Shown: positions 57,197-64,000 of the stretch, one piece after another | Layout: the number at the start of each line of letters is the position of its first letter | Position numbering within the stretch: position 1 is the first letter of the stretch | Assembly: GCF_009914755.1 (NCBI RefSeq) | Contig: NC_060925.1 | DNA: 64,000 nt | From: the human T2T-CHM13v2.0 reference genome, Homo sapiens | Reading direction: 5' to 3' (one strand) | Notes under the pieces: model-generated | Told to the model about the DNA's origin: nothing | The model's input: only the letters and a program-made list of their open reading frames with translations | Databases searched by the model: none | Made by a program: the position numbers and the translations under genes

Positions 57197-59212
57197 TAGC
57201 CAATGTGGGTATCTCGCGACTCCCATCCATCCATCCATCCATCTCCATCCCTGCAGTAATCTCAAGACAAGGGGTGGGAGGTGGGAGAAGAACCATTCCA
57301 GAGGGCTCTCTCCCCATACGTGTTCCTGAATTCTCCTGAGTCTGGTCACTGCCTGAGTCAGGTCTGGCCTGTCCAGCTCTGGAAGAGGCAGGCTGTGAGG
57401 CCCCTGACCTCACAAAGGACTGTCATGAACTCCGTCATCCCCGCAGTCCCCCCACCCTGCAGATAAGATGACTGACACAAAGATGGGGGATCTGCTCCTC
57501 GTCCTTCCACTTTTACTCATCAATGCCTTCATCACCATTATACTTGTTTACTGAGCACTTCCTAGATGCCAGGTTCTGTGCTCAGCACTTCATTTCCATT
57601 GCCTTATTTAATCTTTACAAAGACCCCAAGATACCTCATGGCACTACTATTTTTCTGATTTTGTAGGAGAGCAAATTAGATTTTAGAAAAGTTAAGTCAC
57701 TAGCTCAAGGTTACTGGCTCCAGTTGCCGCCCTTCTATCATCATCCTTTTCTAATGTTTTTGGGCCAGAGGGGACACTATTCCCTTCCCAGGCCTTCCCA
57801 AGAGTGTCCAAGCCCCCAGATACGCACACATCCCAGGACAGGCTGCTCCCAGGTTGCCTGAGCCCCTGACCCTTTTGTTTCCCACTCTATCCCTCCAAAT
57901 GGCCGCTTTCTGGAGCTGCTTAAAGGAAGGAGAAACTGGAGGGAAGGGGGGCAAGGGGGACAGTATCTCACTGGGCCTAATCTCTGGACAATGAAGAACT
58001 AGAGAACTGACCTTCTAGAAGTCAGGACAAAGGGCAGGGCCAGGGTGGGCAGGGCACAGCTGCCCCTCCTCCTCCCCCGCAACCCAAGTCCCTGCAGCAG
58101 CACCACCATCATCCATCCACCTTCCCAGCAAGCTCCCCACTCTGCCCCGGGCTGGGCCTGGCTTGGCTTGAAGCCCTCACCTCAGCTGGCACCAACAAGG
58201 GGGCTGGGAGTCCATTCTGGAGGGCTGGGAAGCAGGGCTACTTTGGGGAGTGGATTCTGGAGGGGGTCACCACCCCCTCATCGACAGACCACTGGGAGAA
58301 AATCCTTCTGGGGTGATTGGCGGGGTCGTCTGGTGGGGGTGGGGGAGGTCCAGGGCTAGGACCACCCAGTTTGGAGCCGGGAGGGACCCAGCAGATTAGA
58401 GACCTGGGTAAGGCAGCTGCGCAGGGCTGTAATTACCCCCAGAGGAGCAGGGAAGACACAAGCGCAGAATGCCGGAGCAAGGGCGGCAGCAAGGCTCCCA
58501 GACCTGTCCCCAGCCCAGCCATCAGCAGGGGAGAGAAAGCGAAACCCTTTCAGGGGTCTCCTTGTGACTCTCCTTCATGCCTCCCGACGTCCCCCGGGCC
58601 GCTTTGGTTTAGGTGGGTTTGAGCGAGAATTTGGACTCGAAGCTGCCCTCTCAGCCCCAGTGCCAGAGCCCCCAAACTCCAGGGTGGGAAAGGGGAGTCC
58701 CAGCCCTGCTCCCCCTCTCCCCCAGTCCCCGCGGCGGGTGAGTCACCCGAGCGCTCCCTACTTAGTCCTCAGGCGCTGCGGCGCGTACCAAGACGCGGAC
58801 GCAGGGGGAGGCAGCTAGCGCGGCGAACTCCTGGAGCCGTGGAGCCCGCTCGGCCGTGGCCGTGGGAGAGGCGCCGGGAGGCTGCGGGCGCGGGGCTCCG
58901 GGGCGGGGGCGGCGCGAACGGCGCGGACGGCGCGGGCGCGGGGGGCTGGGTCCCGGGGCGCTGCTGGGGTGGACCCCCCCGCCTCGAACTTGGTACGCGC
59001 CAGCGAGAGGCCAGGCCCAGCCCGGGCGGTACAATAGGGTTGGGCCGAGGCCGGGACTGGGCCGGCGCCGGGCGGGGAACGGGTTCGCGACCGCAGCCGA
59101 GAGACCCCGGGCGACCGGCACCTCCGAGACTCGCGGGCCACCTGCCTCGACCTTCCCCGGAGCGCCCCCGCCTCCGAGTCGCTACTTGCCGGGCCGGGCC
59201 GGGCCGGGCGTG

Positions 59213-59266
59213 ATGCGCCGCGGGACCCCTGTCCTGGCCACTGGCCGCCGCCGCCGCCGCCGCTGA
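59213..59266 (+). other. Upstream ORF in MAP7D1 leader (MRRGTPVLATGRRRRRR*)
   Basis: ATG 59213 to TGA 59266, same frame as the main ATG; includes six consecutive CGC codons. Confidence 0.6.
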
Positions 59267-59296
59267 GACCCCGAGACCCCCAGTGACGCCGCAGCC

Positions 59297-59342
59297 ATGG
59301 AGAGCGGCCCGCGTGCGGAGCTGGGGGCGGGCGCACCCCCAG
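59297..59342 (+). CDS. MAP7D1: MAP7 domain-containing protein 1, first coding exon (rest of gene beyond window)
   Basis: Strong Kozak gcagccATGG; MESGPRAELGAGAPP + G|GTATGC donor (46 nt, phase 1). Matches the MAP7D1 N-terminus as I recall it. Confidence 0.88.
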
Positions 59343-61900
59343 GTATGCCGGGAGCCACGCGGAGGCGAGATGGGGGTAGATGGAGGGGCTGCAGGGCGGC
59401 CGAGGATGAGGCCGGCCGGCTGGGCGGGGACCCCTCCGCTGCCGCGCCCTCTGACCACTTGGAAGTTTAAAAATAAAGGCTGCGGCGGCGGCGGCTCCAG
59501 GCTCGCGATGCATCCTCTGACAGCTGCCCCCTCCCCCACCCCGGGTGCCGGACGCATCGGGCGTCGGGAGCCGCAGGGACCCCGCGCGGGAGTTGTTGGG
59601 GTGACCCTTCTGCCCCAGCTTAGTGCCATCTCAGCTTCCCCGCCCCCACGTCCCTTCCCGATTCACCCCGGGCCTTGAAGATCCTCTTCTACTGAGCTAG
59701 GGCTTCCGTCCCCTTCCCCATCCCCCGTGGCACATGTGACCCCAGCCTGAGTGTGTCGGGGGTCCATATTCTCAGGCCTGGGCCCTGCATACCGACGCCT
59801 CGGCCTTAGTGCCCGTACCCTCAGGCCCTGGCCCAGACCTCGCCCCCACCCCATCCGTCCAGCTGCCGCGCAAAGGGCCTGTTGCTGCTGCGGGCCGGCG
59901 GGGAGGGGAAAGGAGGGAGGGGAGGAGAGAGGGAGGTCTCTAGCCGCTGCTGCCAAGTAACCCGCCGGATAAAGGCGAGGGGGAGGGGGAGGCGGCATTG
60001 TTTGGGGTGAGGGCGGGAGCTGGGGAGTGGGCCGCCTCCCCTGCAGCCAGGCCTACTCTGGAGCCCACCCAGCCTGATTCGGGGAGGAGGGGGACAGAAG
60101 TAAATCTGCTTCTCCTGCCTGCCCTCCTTCCCAGCCTCTCTGGGCCCCAATCTCCCACTAGAGAATGAGGTAAAGGCTCCAAGCCGGCACTCCCTGGACC
60201 TGCCACATCATTCCCCAGCCTGAGGCTTTGATACCTCCCCCCTTACTCTCTTTTTTTCTCTCTTTCTGCCCACACCTTAGACCACCAAAGCTCCCCTCCC
60301 CTCCCTCACCCCACCAACCACCAGTGCTCAGGACTTCTGCAAATCCCATTCGGATCTGGGAGCAGCTGATGAGGGGGTGGGGACAGGTTTCTGGTTGGGC
60401 TTGGTTTTGGAGGGAGGCGATTTCTCTTTCTTCCTGGAAGGGGAGGGAAGAACATGATTATTGAAGACCCAAGTTCTGTTCCCATTGACTCAGGGGGGAG
60501 GTGGCCCCATCCCCACACCCCCATGGAGTCCTGAGCCTAATCCTGTCACCTCCCTGCCCCTTGGGGTGTGGGCACAGGATGAAACAGTTCGTGTGGGTGC
60601 GGAGAGCCCAGGATAAGGTGGGGCCAATGGGCTGTGGGTGGGCTCCTCCCCATGCCAGCGAGGATGCTTCTAGGGGACTGTCTGGGTGTGGGACCTGGGA
60701 GAACAGGGAGGGGAGGCTACCATCAGACTGGTGGGTTTCAGGAGGCTTGTAGGCTGGGCTGGAAACAAGGGTGGCTGGGTCTGTCCTGGTTTGGCTGAAC
60801 CTGAGAGGGGACACCCAGGGAGGCCCAGCCTGAGTCCAACCTCAGCTTACTGGCCCTCTGCACCTGAGGGCCTCTGGCACTGGATAGTTGGGGGCCTGAA
60901 TGGGGGTGGTGACTGGGATACAGAGCCTGAGCTGGTGGCTAGTTTATAATTAGGATACTTGGGTAGGATGCCTAGACTGAATATGAGAGCATGGGTGAGA
61001 TGCTTGGCTCTCCTAGGGGCAGGGGGGATGTTCGGTGGGCGGGGAGGGCTGCGTCAGGGGCCGGTGGGCAGACTGCATATAGGCTTCTTGCATTGAGAGG
61101 ACTCTTCTATACACAGGGATCTAGATGGAGTCACATGAGAACCTGGATCAGGATGGTGGCAGTTCCCCACACAGAATAGTCAAAGGTGACAGGAGTCCTC
61201 TGTGGGGCTTTCTGGGAGTAAATGTGCTCACAGCATGTGCCCTGTGATAGTCTGAGGCATGGGCCTGACACTCCGAGAGCATGTGACACGAACCCTGCTC
61301 CCTCTGAGTTCCTTTTTGCACTTGGACACTGAGCAGTAACAGGGGGTGGTGTGGAGTAGAGGACAAGTGTGGGGACCACTTTCAGGTCAGAAAACCTGGA
61401 TGGAAATCCCAGTTAGCCATGTACTGGCTACTGGACTGGAGCAAGTGACTTACCTCCTGGAGCCACAGTTTCTGCCCCTGGAAAATAGGGGCAGTGTTGT
61501 CAACCTTGTGGGGTTAATGTGAGGGTTAGAGATGATTTAACTCCAGGAATCTGGCACGCAGACACCAGACACCTGCAATAAAGTGTTATTACCATTATTG
61601 TGGTTATGCTTCTGCAACCGGTGCCAGCAGGGAGGTATGAAATATAGGGGAGGGTGGGAGCAGGAATTGGAAGTCGATTTGTTTAAGAGTGTAGATTTTG
61701 GAATTAAACAGTTTAAGTCTCCACTTCGTAACTTACCTCTGTGTGACCTCAGTAAGTTGCTTAACCTAAGTCTTAAGTTTGCTCATCTGTAAAATGAGAA
61801 TAATGCTAGAAATTATCTCATAGAGACATTGGCATCCTTAAATTAGATGAAAACAGAAAACACTTAGACTAGGCCCTGGCACATAGCCAGTGCCCAATAA

Positions 61901-62234
<334 letters not shown>

Positions 62235-64000
62235 TAGCTATTTGTTTTTTGTCATTATTTTTAATTCCGTCAGAAGCCTGAGATGTGATTGATTAGAATT
62301 GTAGGAGGTAAGTATAGGACAAGAAGGCAGCGGAGAGGGGAGTTCTAGGCAGACATGAGCTAGGGTGTATCCAGGGAACGGAGGGGCCCCATACCTGAAG
62401 TGGAACAGTGGGAACAGGAGAGAAGACCCAAGAAACAGGTGCAACCGGCTATCCAGCACACCCATGCTGATGCCCCACCTTATGCCAGCTCGGTGTAGTC
62501 TATGTGGACGGCAGAGAAGTGAATCAGACGGAGTTTTGACTCTTGGGGAGCTCTTAACGCGGCGAGGAAGGCAGATGTGTTCACTGCAGGGAAACCAGGT
62601 ATAATGGTGTTAGTGTGCAGTGGGCTGTGCTTGTGGAAGGCTTCACGGAGGAGGCAGCATTTGAGGTGGATCTGAAAGGATGAGTAGACGTTGGTGAGAC
62701 TGGCGCAGTGGGCTGTGGCCATACATCCAGCAGCCAGCTGGCTGGCACCTCCCAATGACAGCTTCCTAGTCCCTTCCTGGGCTGGTGGGCCCAATAATGA
62801 GGCCTCTAATGAGCGCCTAATGTGCAGTCACGCATATGCAAATGAGGTGGAAGGGATACTAGGCCAGCTCAGGTCCCCTTTCCTAACATGATAGTGGGGA
62901 AGGGCTGAGGGAAGGGACTGAAAGCTGGGCCCAGACTAGAATGGCCATACTTGAGGGCCATCAGGTCAGGTCTCAGGTCTGACCCAGGCTGGAAGTTAGG
63001 CCACAGGGCAGCTGGGACCCATGTCCTTAGGTCCCTGCTGGGCCTTGGGGCTAGTGAGGGAGCCAACTAGCCAGACCCAGATAATGCAGCTTTGTTGGCT
63101 GGTGGTATCTCTGCCTGGCACCCAGGGGCACAGCCTTCAGTGTTTCCTCCACCACTTCTCAGCTGCAGCTCTGCCCTGAAGGGAGCAGAGAGCCTGGGAG
63201 GGTGTAGGGAACATGGTACTGCTGCCCTTACTAGCGCTCCTCAGCAGTTGTAAGAGATGATGTGAGCCAGGTAGAGACTCCCCGGTGAACCAAGTTATTT
63301 CCCATTAATTATCTCTGACTTATTATCTCCTATTCATTAAGGGCCTTCTCTGTGCCAGGCACAATGCTCAGCATGTCACGGGCATTGTCTCATTTGTTCC
63401 TCACCACAGTCTCATGAGTAGGGACTAGCATTATCCCCATTTTACAGATGAGGCTCAGAGAGATGAAATCACTTACCTAAAGTCACACAGCTAGCAACTG
63501 GCAGAGGCAGGATTTGAACTCAAATCTGTCTGACTCTGAAGTCTGTGCCCTAAACCTCTAAGCTGAATTATCATGGCTAAGCTATCCAGTGACAAGGTCT
63601 GGCCTGCTTCCCTCCCGTGACTGGCCTGTGTGGGCATCTTGGTCTTGGGGACCCCATAATCTTTTCCCTGGCTGGCAGAGGTAGCCCCAGCAGAGCCCAG
63701 GGTCCTCTGGGAAGCCTGCCAGGTTGGAGCCTAAGCAGTTGAACCAGGAGGAAGGCCCCGGACCCAGGTGGTGGTAATAGTCCAGCTTGGGGGGCATCTC
63801 CAGGCCTTGGCCTGAGGTTGGGCCTCTGCCTTCAGCATCTGGGCAACAGCCTGGGCAGCCCTGCTGGGGCTGAGGGAGGGATGTGGTGGGGCCCAGGCTG
63901 CGGGATGGGGTCATTTCCTGCCGCCTAAAATAACAGGAAGTGGGTGCTCCTGATTGGAGGCTGGGAACAATGGCCGCCAGCCGGGCCAGAGAGCTCCTTC

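Larger units (their letters stand above)
58700..60050. promoter_or_regulatory. MAP7D1: CpG island / MAP7D1 promoter (divergent from TRAPPC3)
   Basis: Very high GC/CpG, GC boxes, contains MAP7D1 exon 1. Confidence 0.85.

Noticed and set aside
60160-60176. ATGAG|GTAAAG as an alternative MAP7D1 coding first exon
   Set aside because: The donor is plausible, but this ATG would be phase 2 versus phase 1 for the main exon 1; no other support.

Overview
Human (primate) genomic DNA that I recognise as the COL8A2 - TRAPPC3 - MAP7D1 region (chr1p34), from translated exons and splice junctions. Minus strand: COL8A2 has two non-coding exons (~27937-28100, 18586-18630) and two coding exons (CDS 3122-2930 joined to 2367-449; 2112 nt = 703 aa), with the 3'UTR running off the left edge. 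Also minus strand: the complete 5-exon TRAPPC3/BET3 gene (CDS 543 nt = 180 aa) with two AATAAA signals. Plus strand: the CpG-island promoter and first coding exon of MAP7D1 (ATG 59297). The rest is Alu-dense intronic and intergenic DNA with MIR, L2, L1, MER20 and LTR remnants, plus a ~730 bp TG-rich compound repeat next to the COL8A2 promoter. I see no prokaryote-type system and no new protein-coding gene. The most interesting unexplained signals are: (1) a G-quadruplex plus poly-Arg uORF separated from the MAP7D1 ORF by a single in-frame TGA; (2) a stop-free 198-nt TRAPPC3 exon 2-3 unit flanked by inverted Alus; (3) an old inverted duplication split by Alus in COL8A2 intron 1; (4) two short polyadenylated, TSD-flanked LTR fragments; (5) several candidate cis-elements. 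All functional claims are inferences from reading the sequence; no searches were run and repeat boundaries are approximate.
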